DNA of 64,000 nucleotides from Octopus sinensis (Eukaryota): NCBI RefSeq assembly GCF_006345805.1, contig NC_043004.1, positions 91,636,001 to 91,700,000 of the forward strand, read 5' to 3'. Shown piece by piece: positions 24,984 to 37,885 of this stretch (position 1 is its first letter; each line of letters starts with the position of its first letter). The notes under the pieces were generated by a model. It saw only the letters and a program-made list of their open reading frames with translations, ran no database searches and was not told where the DNA came from. The position numbers and the translations under genes were made by a program.

Positions 24984-25430
24984 GAAAGATGGGCTCCAGC
25001 AAATATTCTGCTCAATACCACAGATTTTGAACCTTAACCAGTTGAGCATGTCCCTTATGGCTGATGGTATGTGCCTCTCTGATCACATGTAGAAAAAGAA
25101 GAGGAACATCATAACCATGTGCTGAGAGAAATTCTTTGGGGTTTGAATAATTCACCTCTGGAAAGATGGGTGCTTCGTTCATCATCTTTAAACAAGCCTT
25201 ATTCAGGGACCCTTTGAGCGGGATGGGCTACTCGACCTGAAGAAAATTCCGACTGGTTTCCACCTGCAAGGTCATGCGCTGTTTATCTTGATATGAGATA
25301 TGTCACGCACATATGGTTGCGATGCATGTGTGTGATGTACCCTTATCAGACGGGTTGTCATGATGAGAGAACTGGGCTTCGTATATTTTACCCCAATGTC
25401 ATTTTGGTGACATGCACTGCTCTCTCACTC
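24984..25430 (+). mobile_element. Family F (AAT)n-embedded non-coding retroposon, 5'-truncated
   Basis: Homologous to 61783-62296; ends ctgctctctcactc(aat)n. Confidence 0.8.
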
Positions 25431-25440
25431 AATAATAATA

Positions 25441-25549
<109 letters not shown>

Positions 25550-25757
25550 TAATCGTTTCCAGTTTAGATAGAATGGCCAGAAATTTGAATGTAGTGGTTA
25601 ATCGATATCATCGCTCTCTTTATTTTATGGGTTATTTTATCGACTCTAAAAGGATGTTGACCCGGTCAGAATTTGAACTCAAAACATAAAGAGCCGGGGA
25701 AAATATCACAAGGCATTTTGTCAGACACTTTAACAATTCTGCCAACTCTCCGCCTGT
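25550..25757 (-). mobile_element. SINE family B, diverged
   Basis: ttttatcgactctaaaaggatg...gaatttgaactc...ctgccaactctccgcc. Confidence 0.65.
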
Positions 25758-26139
25758 AATACAGTATGAGGCACAAAAAAAACCTTTGAGGTTCATCATT
25801 CTTGACCGTTTAAAATATGGGAGGTTTTTCTGTTGCACTTCATATTGCTTTATTGCCACATGAGCACAAAACACAAAAATAATGGAGATTTTACATGGCA
25901 TAGAGAAAATAATACGTAATTATCTATGTTTAAATTATCCCAGATGGGCGGACATATTAAGGGAGAAACGCAATCGACTGAATCAATTCATTCATATATT
26001 ATTGACCCAAACCATATTGAAATTTGCCTTCATCCCTTTCGGGATCGCTGAAATCAGTACCAGTGAAATACTGGGGATCGATGTAATTGACTCATCCCCT
26101 CTCCAAACTGACTGCCCTTGTGGTAAAATTTGAAACCAT

Positions 26140-26241
26140 TATTATTATTATTATTATTTTATTATTATTATTATTATTATATTATTATTATTATTTATTA
26201 TTATTATATTATTATTATTATTATTATTATTATCATTATTA

Positions 26242-26286
<45 letters not shown>

Positions 26287-26327
26287 TATTATTATTATTA
26301 TTATTATATTATTATTATTATTATTAC

Positions 26328-26378
<51 letters not shown>

Positions 26379-26405
26379 TATTATTATTATTATAATTATT
26401 ATTAT
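26140..26405. repeat. (ATT)n array
   Basis: Direct reading. Confidence 0.95.
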
Positions 26406-26760
26406 TCAGTAGTTTTATTTTTATAGCGTGCTTTCACTTCACTACCGAGCGCAGCTCTGTGTGCCTTGGGTATGTGCTGTGATTTGTTGTGATGCTCTGA
26501 TGGTTATTGTATTGAAAGTGTTCTGCGTAGGATGTGTGCAGTGCCTAGTAGTGCAATTTTCTGTATGTTATATGTGTTTGTAAGTCCTGGTGTTTTTGTT
26601 ATGTATTTGTCTGAATATTTTTTTATCATGCCTAATGCACCTACTATGATAGGAATTGTTTCTGTTTTTAGATTCCACATTCTGGTTACCTCTATTTCCA
26701 GGTCTTTGTATTTTGAAAGTTTCTTCATTTCTTTTAGAGACACGTTGTCATCTGCCGGTA

Positions 26761-26761
<1 letters not shown>
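26406..26761 (-). mobile_element. 5'-truncated R4/Dong-type RLE non-LTR retrotransposon, open C-terminal frame plus 3' UTR
   Basis: 26504-26761 translates IPADDNVSLKEMKKLSKYKDLEIEVTRMWNLKTETIPIIVGALGMIKK...IQKIALLGTAHILRRTLSIQ*, typical of the end of the RLE domain. (AAT)n on both sides. Confidence 0.9.
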
Positions 26762-26808
<47 letters not shown>

Positions 26809-28794
26809 CATTATTATTATTATTATTATTATAGTATTTTATTGTTCAGTTCCATGGTGGATACGGCCAGTACGGAAGAATTTGAACCCAGAATGAAAAT
26901 GGGCATAAATAAAACCTATAAGAGCTCTGGACTTATCAACTCAATCGTTCCACTTCTGTACAGGACCTGTTGCTTTCTGTTTGATGTACTACCACTGTCA
27001 ACCGCTTTCATCATCACTTGTACTACATAAATCACGTTTCTCCTCTGCAATTGCAACATAATTCCGCTTTCTGTTTGAGGCCTGCCATTCTCTAAATTTA
27101 AAGAGAAGAAAACCCCCATCAAATTACAAGCCGGTCATTACAATCAGCCACTATCCTGGTTGATGCGTAAACCATCTTCCAGCTCCAAGGAGATTAACAA
27201 GAAAAACGTCAATAAATAAAATTCTGAAGTCGAATATCTGAAAGTAAAGCTCTCCATACGTGGTCAATAATTTCAATGTATTATGTACAACTAAAAACTA
27301 GAGCTATCAATAATTGCTATCGCTACCAATGCTATCGTGTAGAAACGAAGGAGCTCGATCGTGGGTGCTCGATCTGCTAGAAATATCAGCCAATCTCCCT
27401 CGAATCATAACCCACTGTTTTGAAGAAAACAGGGACAGGTTAGATAATATATAATCTTCCTGCCTACCCGTAGGTGACAGACTAGTCGTTTTAAGGGTAG
27501 ACCAGAATGTTATCGATCATAGTTCTGCTTGATCAGATTTGACCCGAGGTTAAACAATAACATCAGTAGCAACCAGTATCAGAAAAATGTTATATTGCTA
27601 AGTATGTATCTGTTGGCAGAATCTTTGGGGATTTTGCCGTTATTTGTTCGCATTCTCTGAGCTTCAAGTTCAAAAACTCGCTGAGAACAACTCTATTCTT
27701 TATCCTTCTGGGGTCGATAGATAAAGTACCAGTCAAGTATTGGAGGATCTAGTCTTCTCCCTGTTTCTTTTATTTTGTCCGTCTTTTTTGTCTGTCTTTG
27801 TCTGTGTCTCTCTTCCTTTCCCTCTTTTTCAGAACCTGCTAAGTTTTCATCCTTCTGGGGTCGATAAATGAAATGCCAATCAAGTATTGGAATATCTAGT
27901 CTTCTCTCTGCTTCTATTATTCTGTCCGTCTGTTTGTTTTTATTTGTGCCTCTCTCCCTTGCCTTCTCCTTCAGAATCTGCTAAGATGCGTCGTGAAAGA
28001 CCACTCCCTCATTCCAGAAATTGAAAAGGACCTGAGCAAGGGGTTAATAAGCCCTTCTTGTAGAAAAACAAAAAGTCTACTGTAAACGTCAAAGGGCAGT
28101 CTGGTGTACAGAACAACATAGAACGATGATAATAGCATATTTAATTTGTGTGTGTGTGTATGTGTGTGTGTGTGTGGTGTGTGTGTGTGTGTGTGTGTGC
28201 GTGCGTGCGTGCGTGTGTGTATGAAAGTATTTCTCTACATGTGTGATCAATATTTGAATATATATTATATTTGCTATTATGCTTATCGATATTTGAAGTA
28301 TATATTGTTACTAGTATCTCTGTGGAGTTTCCTCTTTTTTTTAATAACTCATTTTGCTTATAACCGTATATCTAGTATTTTCTATGGCATATGACTTATT
28401 AGTACGAGAACGTTGTCTATGACTTTTGGGAGGTACACCTAGACTGGTGAAATCCATGCAGTTAATGTTCAATTTCTGCGGGGTGGGGGAACATATAAAA
28501 GTATGGACTACCAGAAGGGAAACATTTTTTTTTTATTTTAAAATTTATTTTTGGATGATGGTTGCTACAGCCAATTTCGAAAGTGAGATGCAGTTGATAT
28601 AGCAAGCGGAAACGAACCGATACATCAGGCAGAGCTTGATGGAAAAGACATACTATCTCCTTGGTCAGAATGGCAAAGGGTATTGGAGAAGAAACAGCAT
28701 ACCTTTGAGTCTGTGATTATATAACAGTGGTTGCAAAATGGCTTCGTTTCGAACGTGAGCCTTGGGTATTGGCGTTTACCAGCAGTACTACCCC

Positions 28795-29085
28795 ATATAT
28801 GTGAGTAGTATTCTTATGCGCAATAGGTTGTTTGTATATGTGACTGGAGCATCTCTCTTCCAGATATATGACGGCATTTCTAATATGATCTTGAGTGTCT
28901 GTGTATGTAGCATCACTGCTCAGAGTATGTGAGTAGTTCTCTTGGTTTTGGATGTTTCTATGTGTAGCAGAAACATTGTCTTAGCTGTGTGAGCAGTACA
29001 CTGAATTGTTCTTAAGTGTTTGTATGTTCAACAACATTACTGTCCCAGATATATAAGCAGTACTATAATATGGGTCTAGGACGTG
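28795..29085. repeat. Degenerate minisatellite-like patch, related to 30885-31065
   Basis: Recurring tatgtgag(c/t)agta, gtagcag.cactgt and acattgtc..agatat words. Confidence 0.45.
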
Positions 29086-29287
29086 AATGTGTGTGTGTGT
29101 GTGCATGTGTGTATGCTAGCGACACTATTCTAGATGTACAAACCTTCTTAAAAGACTGAATACAAAGATGCAATTTAATATTTTTCTGTATATTTTGATA
29201 TAAAGACAAATGCTAGCTATATATTAGATATTTGTACGTGACATGTTAATTAATCTCTCATATATTATGCGTAATGAAGTATGAAAT

Positions 29288-29509
29288 ATTGGTTTCAAAT
29301 TTTGGCACAAGGCCAACAATTTTGTGAGAAGTTGTAAGTTGACTGAGTGCATCGACCTTAGTGCTCAACTGGTACTTATTTTATCGACCCCGAAAGGATG
29401 AAAGACGCAGTCGACCGCTGAGGAATTTGAACACAGAACGTAAAGACGTACAAAATACTGGTGTTCAGCATTTTGCCTGGTGCGCTAACGATTCTGCCAG
29501 GTCGCCGCC
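29288..29509 (-). mobile_element. SINE family B
   Basis: aaattttggcacaaggcc tail through ctgccaggtcgccgcc head. Confidence 0.8.
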
Positions 29510-31103
29510 TTGTCTTCTTTTTGACATTTCACACAGGAGGCATCTTTTTACTTGGCAATGGTCTCGTATTTAAGAAGATATGAACCCATCAAAATGTAAC
29601 TATTAGTACTGTCCGGGAAACATTGTATTGATTTCGTTCGTTTAGTGGATACAAATCATTTAGCAGATCGAGCACGTCGCGTGTCACAATTCATCATATT
29701 GATTGAATGATTCATCGTCTTTATGTGTTCTCTGCTTCCCCACTAGTTGAATCAGCCAGGGACTTATAAGTACAGTTGTAAAAAATAAAGAGAGGGAAGG
29801 GTTATTGCGACAAAACATCAAAACCTCACCCAGGACTGTCTGTAATTTTACAGGCATCATAAAAAGTGGAACTAGGAAAACTGTCTTAATGCCTTGCTTA
29901 ATGACTCAAGAGCCAATTAAACAATTAACATCTGATGTTCTTTCGTTCATAGGCAATCAAACTCAAGTATAATTCCAGACATACACATGTAAGAATGAAG
30001 TAACGCCGTCTCATTTTATTATGGGGGTCATTTCTATAAAGGAAAACAAAAACTTTTATTTGGATAATAGTTCAGTATACAACCATAAACTGTAAAACCT
30101 AATAGTGAAGATGCCGACGACTGCTCGGTTCAAAGTCTCCCTTGACCACAAGTGGCCTGAACTCTTTACATGAACACCACCCTGTACATAACTCCATGTC
30201 CCCCTACATAGCCTCGCTTTTTGTTTTTTGAGCCAAAAAATTAACTAACTAACTAACTAACTAACCTATCAGAATGATCTGAAGAAGTTGCTTACAGATA
30301 AAGTCATCCATAATTACAATACATTCCAAAAGAATGTGCACTCTGCTATACTGCAAGACTTGATTAGAGCTAATGATATTACACTGGTCAGGATCATCTT
30401 ATAACCCGATACACATGGAAAATGTATTGGATCGTTTCTAAAACAAAATTGTAGCTTTATAATGATTCATTAATTTCAAATTAAAAAGATAAGATACTGC
30501 ATGATTATTCGCAAGTGATAAACCCAGATTACTGTAACAATTTTATCAAAAATGCAAGCTTGACTGTATCAGCACTGTTTGATGGTAACACGGTATCAAA
30601 ATGATACCATATCAAGAATTGAGTAGTTTAACATTGATATTTGCACTTTTGTAAACAATATCTTTATTTCTCTCTCTTTTTTTTTCTTTTCCTAAGAATT
30701 TCCAAGAATTTCCTAAATCCATTTCAACCCCTTACATGAAATCTGGCAGCTTAATTTTCAGCTTAACTGTTTGATTTATAATAAAATGCATTCGTTTATA
30801 TCATTAATTATAGTACCAAATCTTATTTTTGCCGGTGCTTGCAAACTTTTGACCGAAACTGTATGACGCTACGCTAATGTGATATGGAATGTTTGTGTGT
30901 GAAGTAGCAGCACTGTTCCATGTTTGTGAGCAATATTCTAATGCCACTGTAGGGTGCTTCTGAGTGCAGCAGATATGTGAGTACACTTCAGTGTGGGTCC
31001 AGGATGTTTGTAACAGCAATAACATTGTCCGAGATATGTTGACCATTACTTCCACAGACTTTTGTTGATGGCCTGCAACTTATTACCGTATTATATATAT
31101 ATA

Positions 31104-31380
31104 TAGGGCAACGGACTCGCAGTTGTAGGATTGCGGTTTCGCTTCCCAGACCGTGCATTGAGTGTTTATTGAGCGAAAACACCTAAAGCTCCACGTGGCT
31201 CCGGCAGGGGGTGGTAGTGATCCCTGCTGTACTCTTTCGCCCCAACTTTCTCTCACTCTTTCTTCTGTTGGCCTGTTCGCTTAGCCAGTGGGGTGGCGTC
31301 ATTTGAAGGCTAAAACAATGCGAAGCGCATTGTGACCAGCGATGTGTAGCAACATCTGATAGCCTGGTCGGTCACAGTGA
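31104..31380 (+). mobile_element. SINE family C-prime: same head as 2326-2713 but a different 3' half
   Basis: Homologous from agggca.cggactcgc through ctttctctcactctt, then an unrelated tail ending gcctggtcggtcacagtgat. Confidence 0.8.
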
Positions 31381-31470
31381 TATATATATACATATATACA
31401 TATATATATACATATATATATATTTATACATACACACACATACATACACACACACACGCACACATATATA

Positions 31471-32270
31471 CAGGGCGCGATGGGTAAATTGTCACCATTT
31501 TATATTTTTTATTTCGTGCATGTGCATTGTTTGATTTTGATTTTGTCGACTACACAGTATAGTAGGGTCAGTTGAGCACTGTCCGTAATAAAAACAGTAC
31601 AATGACCGCAATTCACTCTGCCAGGAATTTGGAAACGACATGCTGTACTTCTTGGCATTCGCGCTGGAAGCTCCAATATAAACATTTCAGAGTGTTTGGG
31701 CGTCAAGCTGAGGACAGTGCAATCTGAGGACATGCACCGACAGTGATAAAAATAAAACATCCAGTTAATATCATTATGTTTGGAGTGATCACTAGTGATG
31801 GCGACGTTATGCCACCATTCATCTTCCCACACAGCCTCAGGCTCAACACAGTGGCCTACATCAAGTGCCTGGAAGAGGTAGTGCTGCTGTGGGTCAAGAG
31901 AGTGGCTGCTGGAAGACTCTATATCAGGAGAACCCAGTCATGGCTATCAGACAATTCCTGCGATCACATCACCCCTAACATCTGGCCACCAAACTCCCCA
32001 GACTTCAACCCCCTTGATTATAATGTGTAGGGCGCAGTTGAGCGAGACCCCAACGTAACTCCTTGTAATTCTAAAGATGAACTGAAGGCAAGGATTATGG
32101 CAGCATTCACCAACTTAAACAAGGAGAGCGTCCAGAAGAGTTGCAGGAAATTCCGAAGTCGTCTGGAGGCCGTGGTTGAAAGTTAATGGCGATGTTTCTG
32201 AATAAATTTGCTCTTTAGTTTTTCAAGATATTTTTATGTAATTTTGGTAAATATACCTATTAAAATGAGA
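31471..32270 (+). mobile_element. Internally deleted Tc1/mariner transposon (maT/DD37D-like transposase remnant)
   Basis: TA-CAGGGCGCGATGGGTAAATTG left end; N-terminal WKRHAVLLGIRAG; KHPVNIIMFGVITSDGDVMPPFIF; WPPNSPDFNPLDY; C-terminal ELKARI...FRSRLEAVVE. The WQQD segment is deleted, there are stops, and the right TIR is degraded. Confidence 0.85.
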
Positions 32271-32326
32271 TAACAGTGTGTATGTATATATATATATATC
32301 ACATTCTAAACGTTTATATATATATC

Positions 32327-33121
32327 ACATTCTAAACGTTTCACAAGGTCAGAGTCTGCGAGGGCTGTGAGGGTGTTTATGTCTGCTCATGACAATGTAG
32401 TAATCCAAAACATCTAACGTAAGTATTGTACATATGGAGGTGCGTGGCTTAGTGGTTAGAGTGTTGGACTCATGGCCGTAAGATTGTGGCTTCGATTACT
32501 GGACCGAACGGTGCTTTGTGCTCTTGAGCAAAACACTTCATTTTCACGTTGCTCCAGTCCACTCAGGTGAAAAAAAACTAGCGTCCCGTCCAGGTGGTGG
32601 TGGGGGGAGTATTTGCCCCACAGAAACCGGAAAACCGGCCCTATGAGTCTATATGACTGAAAAAGATCCTTATTGTACATGTTACCAAGCCATACTCGCG
32701 AGTGACAGCTGGTCGTACTGCCTACCACCTGAGAGAACTTGAGTTCAAATCCACTGCAAGCATTTCGTTTTGCAATTTAGAACATTTACAATATATATAT
32801 ATATATATGACACAGACAGCCATTGGATACGACTTCAGCCTAATATAAGCTGGGAAACTAAGGCGACGAGCTGGCAGAATAGTTAGCACGCCTGGCAAAA
32901 TATTTAGCGGCATTTCGTCCGTCCTAATGTTCTAAGTTCAAATTCCGCCAAGGATGACTTTGCCCTTCATCTTTTCGGAGTCGATAAAATAAATACCAGT
33001 TGAGCACTGTGATCGATGTAATCGACTAGCACCTCTACCATATGTAGGTAATCTATTTCTAATTATAGTTTGATGAGCTAAGGTAATATATAATACGGTG
33101 TTCTTTGTAGAGGCTCGACCA
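32327..33121 (+). repeat. Local segmental duplication, copy 1 (paired with 34546-35415)
   Basis: Colinear unique, SINE K, SINE B and unique blocks; both copies end gtagaggctcgacca. Confidence 0.9.
32435..32670 (+). mobile_element. tRNA-headed SINE family K
   Basis: GTGGCTTAGTGGTTAGAG...TTCGATTACT head, cttgagcaaaacactt, ctagcgtcccgtccagg, acagaaaccgg. Confidence 0.75.
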
Positions 33122-33350
33122 GGTACCTAAACGCGTTTGATCTTATGATGTACGTTCATAATTAATTAGCTATTCATTTAGACTTAATAAAATTAGTATA
33201 GAAGCAGTAATAGAGCAACAGAAGGATTGGATGATGAGTTCGTTTCGTTTGGAATAGAATATCGGAACATATGGTTCTCTTCTTAACTACACAAACACAA
33301 ATACATACTCACATACAAACACAAACGCATACGTTTATTATTGCGTATGC

Positions 33351-33383
<33 letters not shown>

Positions 33384-33531
33384 TGTATGTATGTATGTGT
33401 GTGTGTGCGTGTGTGCCTGTGCGTACGTGTGTGTGAGTGCGTGTGTGCATGGGTGTGTAAATATATATATATATATATATATTTACACGTGTGCATAGAG
33501 ACACATTTATGGGAATATTTATAGGAATGTG

Positions 33532-33642
<111 letters not shown>

Positions 33643-33680
33643 GATAGATAGACAGACAGATAGATATAGATATAGATATG

Positions 33681-33735
<55 letters not shown>

Positions 33736-34545
33736 CACACGCACACACACCTACATATGTATAAATATATACGGGAGAGAAAGCGAGAGAGAGGGAGAGA
33801 GATCATTGGCTGTTTATGTTAGTTATGTATAAGAGAATGCCTTTGCTATCTATATCTACTAAGCATTGTTCAACACTGTTTACCTCTCTCTTAGTTACAG
33901 CTGTATATCTTCATTACTTAAAAGTTATCATAGTTGCTACATTGGTTACGTTAGCACACATAACTGCACTATTTATATATGTGGTAGGATCTAAATTCAC
34001 CGCTCTGCATCGTAACAAACAACTCATCATTAATTATGTACTGCCGCCACTGATCCCCCGTGAAGAGAGATGTGTATAGCACCGTAGTACCTGTTTATAG
34101 CTTGGATCACCGAGCCAGTAAAAATGATGAATTATTTTGACCACGGCTATAAATGGATAAGGTATTATTTGCCCACCAATTTCCAACACGTTATATTCAG
34201 GGTTAAAACCACGCCGAAATCAAATTTGCTTTTCATCCTTTCGTGATCAAGAAAATAAAGTACCAGTCACGTACCGAAGCTGATGATATCGACTCTTTCA
34301 CCTTAAAATTGCTGGTCTAGTACCTAAAAAAACAAGACGTTATATGCCTACGAATTGCAATGGTGCGTGGCGCAGTTGTTACTGTGTTCGGCTTACAAAT
34401 CATACAGCCGTGGGTTCAATTCCTGGGCTGGGTGGCTTGTTGTGTCCTTGAACAATGCATTTCAGTTCACGTTATTCTTGTGTGCTCGGCTGACAGCTAC
34501 TATAGTTCTCTCTCGCTCTCACTCCTCTCTGTCTTTCCAAGCATT

Positions 34546-35415
34546 ACATTTTAAACGTTTCACAAGGTCAGAGTCTGCGAGGGCTGTGAGGGTGTTTGCG
34601 TCTGCTCATGACAATGTAGCTATCCAAAACATCTAACGAAAGTATTGTACATATGGAGGTGCGTGGCTTAGTGGTTAGAGCAGTGGTTTTCAACCAGGGT
34701 TCCGCCAGTACAGTGCAGGGGTTCCGCAAGAAGTTACAAAACTGCTAAAATCGGCAGTAATTTTTAATTCTCCTGCGCAGATATGTGTGCATAGATTATT
34801 AAATTATTGTGCAGGGGTTCCTCAAGCCAGTGGAATGTTTCCTTGGGGTTCCGCTCCCTCAAAAAGTTTGAAAAGCACTGGGTTAGAGTGTTGGACTCAT
34901 GGCCGTAAGATTGTGGTTTCGATTACTAGACCGAACGGTGCTTTGTGCTCTTGAGCAAAACACTTCATTTTCACGCTGCTCCAGTCCACTCAGTTGACAA
35001 AAACTAACATCCCGTCCAGGTGGTGGAGAGGAGTATATGCCCCACAGAAACCGGAAAACCGGCCCTATGAGTCTATATGACTGAAAAAGATCCTTATCCT
35101 TTTTTTCTTATTGTACATGTTACCAAGCCATACTCGCGAGTGACGGCTGGTCGTACTGCCTACCAACTGAGAGAACTTGAGTTTAAATCCACTGCAAATA
35201 TTTCGTTTTGCAATTTAGAACATTTCCTTCTGCATCTTACGCCAAGGTTGACTTTGCCTTTCATCCTTTCGGAGTCGATAAAATAAATACCAGTTGAGCA
35301 CTGGGATCGATGTAATCGACTAGCACCTCTATCATATGTAGGTAACCTATTTCTAATTATAGTTTGATGAACTAAGGTAATATATAATACGGTGTTCTTT
35401 GTAGAGGCTCGACCA
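34546..35415 (+). repeat. Local segmental duplication, copy 2, carrying an extra MITE
   Basis: See copy 1. Confidence 0.9.
34681..34880. mobile_element. 200-bp hAT (Charlie-like) MITE with perfect 8-bp TSD
   Basis: TIRs CAGTGGTTTTCAA / TTGAAAAGCACTG (12/13). TSD GGTTAGAG at 34673-34680 and 34881-34888. Empty site present in the paralogue near 32455. Confidence 0.95.
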
Positions 35416-35824
35416 TTTGTTTGGAACTGGTCCCGGATCTAATGGGAGAATATTAGATAAGGCAGGCAGAGATGCTGTTTGTTGTTTGTCTGTCCCTCAA
35501 AACATTGATCGAATAGGTCTATGATGAAAGGTATTCCAAGAGTGACCATCCTGTCTTTTAGGGAATTGAAGATGTGCTTTCCTTATTTAATTGGTAACAG
35601 GTCGTTTATTGAATTTTGGCCGCTATTTTAGCAGTTTGCCTCGTTGCCTTGAGAAAGGCAGGCAGTTCGATTGTGACCATCGTAAATTTTTTTATGCGTC
35701 CCAAGGATCATACTTACCTGTGTGTCTTTTTTTATTGGAGATGATGGAGTATGAATTGAAATTTGACTATTGTTTCTAACATGGGTGAGTTATTGTATCA
35801 GTCAGCCTATAGCATTGAGATATT

Positions 35825-36060
35825 GTAGCTGCCTAATGTGTTGGTGGTGTGTTGTAGGAGCCTATTGTGTTGGAGGAAGTATAGCTGGAGCCTAATATGT
35901 TGGAGGAAGTATAGTTGGAGCCTATAGTACTTAGCTACTATAGGTGCTTAATGTGTTGGTGATGTATAGTAGGAACCTATACTGTTTGTAGTGTACTGTA
36001 GGCGCCTATTGTGTTGGGGGAAATATAGTTGGAGCCTATACTGTCAGTGGTATATTATAG
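35825..36060. repeat. Degenerate minisatellite, unit about 31 bp
   Basis: ggagcctattgtgttggaggaagtatagtt variants. Confidence 0.7.
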
Positions 36061-36248
36061 GTGTTGTTGTTTAGCCATAAATAAGCGCTGACCGAGCAGA
36101 GCTATAATGAAAAACATTCTAATCGTGACCAATACGCATTTTTTGTATGTAAAGGAGATTTGGCTGTTATTTGTAGTAGGTTCCCATCCCTCCCCTTCTT
36201 GTTGACTTGTTATTGTAGAAGTTGGTAGTGTCGATAATATATACACAA

Positions 36249-36286
<38 letters not shown>

Positions 36287-36484
36287 CGCAAACACACGCG
36301 CGCTCACGATACATGAATAAAATACATTCGTATAGACACGCACACAACACATACATATGTAATTATAAAAGGTATGTGAGGAGTTTACACCTATGTCTAT
36401 ATAGAACCACAATTAATACGATGTGTTAGTAAAGGTGTTACGTGTTTGCTTTAGGAATATCAGTTACAAATCCACAGCAAAATA

Positions 36485-36583
36485 CTAATTATACCATGGC
36501 AATTTGTGAAAACAGCCACGTGAAACTGTATACGGTCTATAGAAACGGTTACTCGAGAAAGCAGCAGCCAATCCTAGAACATC
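36485..36583 (-). CDS. Candidate coding exon of an unidentified gene
   Basis: Acceptor ttcacatcctcggcag; phase-0 frame DVLGLAAAFSSNRFYRPYTVSRGCFHKLPWYN* is in phase with the exon at 36935-37035. The donor is weak, or this is a terminal exon. Confidence 0.35.
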   Translation of the reverse strand, partial: DVLGLAAAFSSNRFYRPYTVSRGCFHKLPWYN

Positions 36584-36934
36584 CTGCCGAGGATGTGAAT
36601 ATTATATTTATCACTATTTATATTAATGTTATATTTATATTTAAATTATATTATACTATATTATATTATAATATCATTATATTATTTTTATACGCACGCA
36701 CTCATACACACACACATATTTTACGTTCGTGTTATTGTTAAGAACTGGCGAACACGTACATAAACGCACACACATACATATGATGTGTGCGGGTATCATA
36801 CACTCCTGAACAGTCTATGTGCTTATGTAAAGGCATACAAGCGTGTGTTTGTGTGTGCATATGTGTGTACGTGCGCGTGCGCGTGTATGCATATATTAAT
36901 ATATATATATGTGTGGCAGACGGAATAGACTCAC

Positions 36935-37035
36935 CACGCCTAAAGTTCGGGACAACCATCGTTGTGTAGCCGCAACATATCCAATGTGGAGTTGAAAGGT
37001 GCTAGTGATAAAACTGAAGGCGTGGCTGGGTACAC
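36935..37035 (-). CDS. Candidate 101-nt coding exon of an unidentified gene
   Basis: Acceptor tgttttaaccag, donor GTG|GTGAGT, and only one fully open frame: (G)VPSHAFSFITSTFQLHIGYVAATQRWLSRTLGV. Confidence 0.55.
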
Positions 37036-37204
37036 CTGGTTAAAACATAATATATCAGTGATCTTTCGTTTTATGTACATATAACTGGTGGATTGATAAT
37101 GAAAGCAAATCAGTTTTTGAAAGAGCAAAAGCAAACTTGAGTATCCCGAGTAAATGCTAGCTTTCTTTATCAACCCCACCACAGTTAAATATAACTTAAA
37201 ACCA

Positions 37205-37340
37205 AAGATCGCCTTGCCAGATCAGATTGGAGCCTGGTGCTGGCCATCTGGTTCGCCAGTCCTCAGTCAAATCGTCCAATCCATGCTAGTATGGAAAGCG
37301 GACGTTAAATGACGATGATGATGATGATGATGATGATGAT
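37205..37340 (+). mobile_element. SINE family D 3' end with (GAT)n tail
   Basis: cgtccaatccatgctagtatggaaagcggacgttaaatgacgatgatgat. Confidence 0.7.
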
Positions 37341-37360
37341 GATATATATATATATATCGT

Positions 37361-37885
<525 letters not shown>

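Noticed and set aside
26930-27122. Possible transposase N-terminus (STSDDES) or the 68-aa ORF
   Set aside because: Stops in frame, no TIR or catalytic motif; too weak to call.
30270-30405. Plus-strand acceptor after (CTAA)n with a 43-codon open frame (NDLKKLLTDKVIH...)
   Set aside because: No convincing donor, no recognisable protein, and the opposite strand to the better exon candidates.
33990-34090. Minus-strand open frame LYTSLFTGDQWRQYIINDELFVTMQS
   Set aside because: The acceptor lacks a pyrimidine tract and the phase link is unclear.
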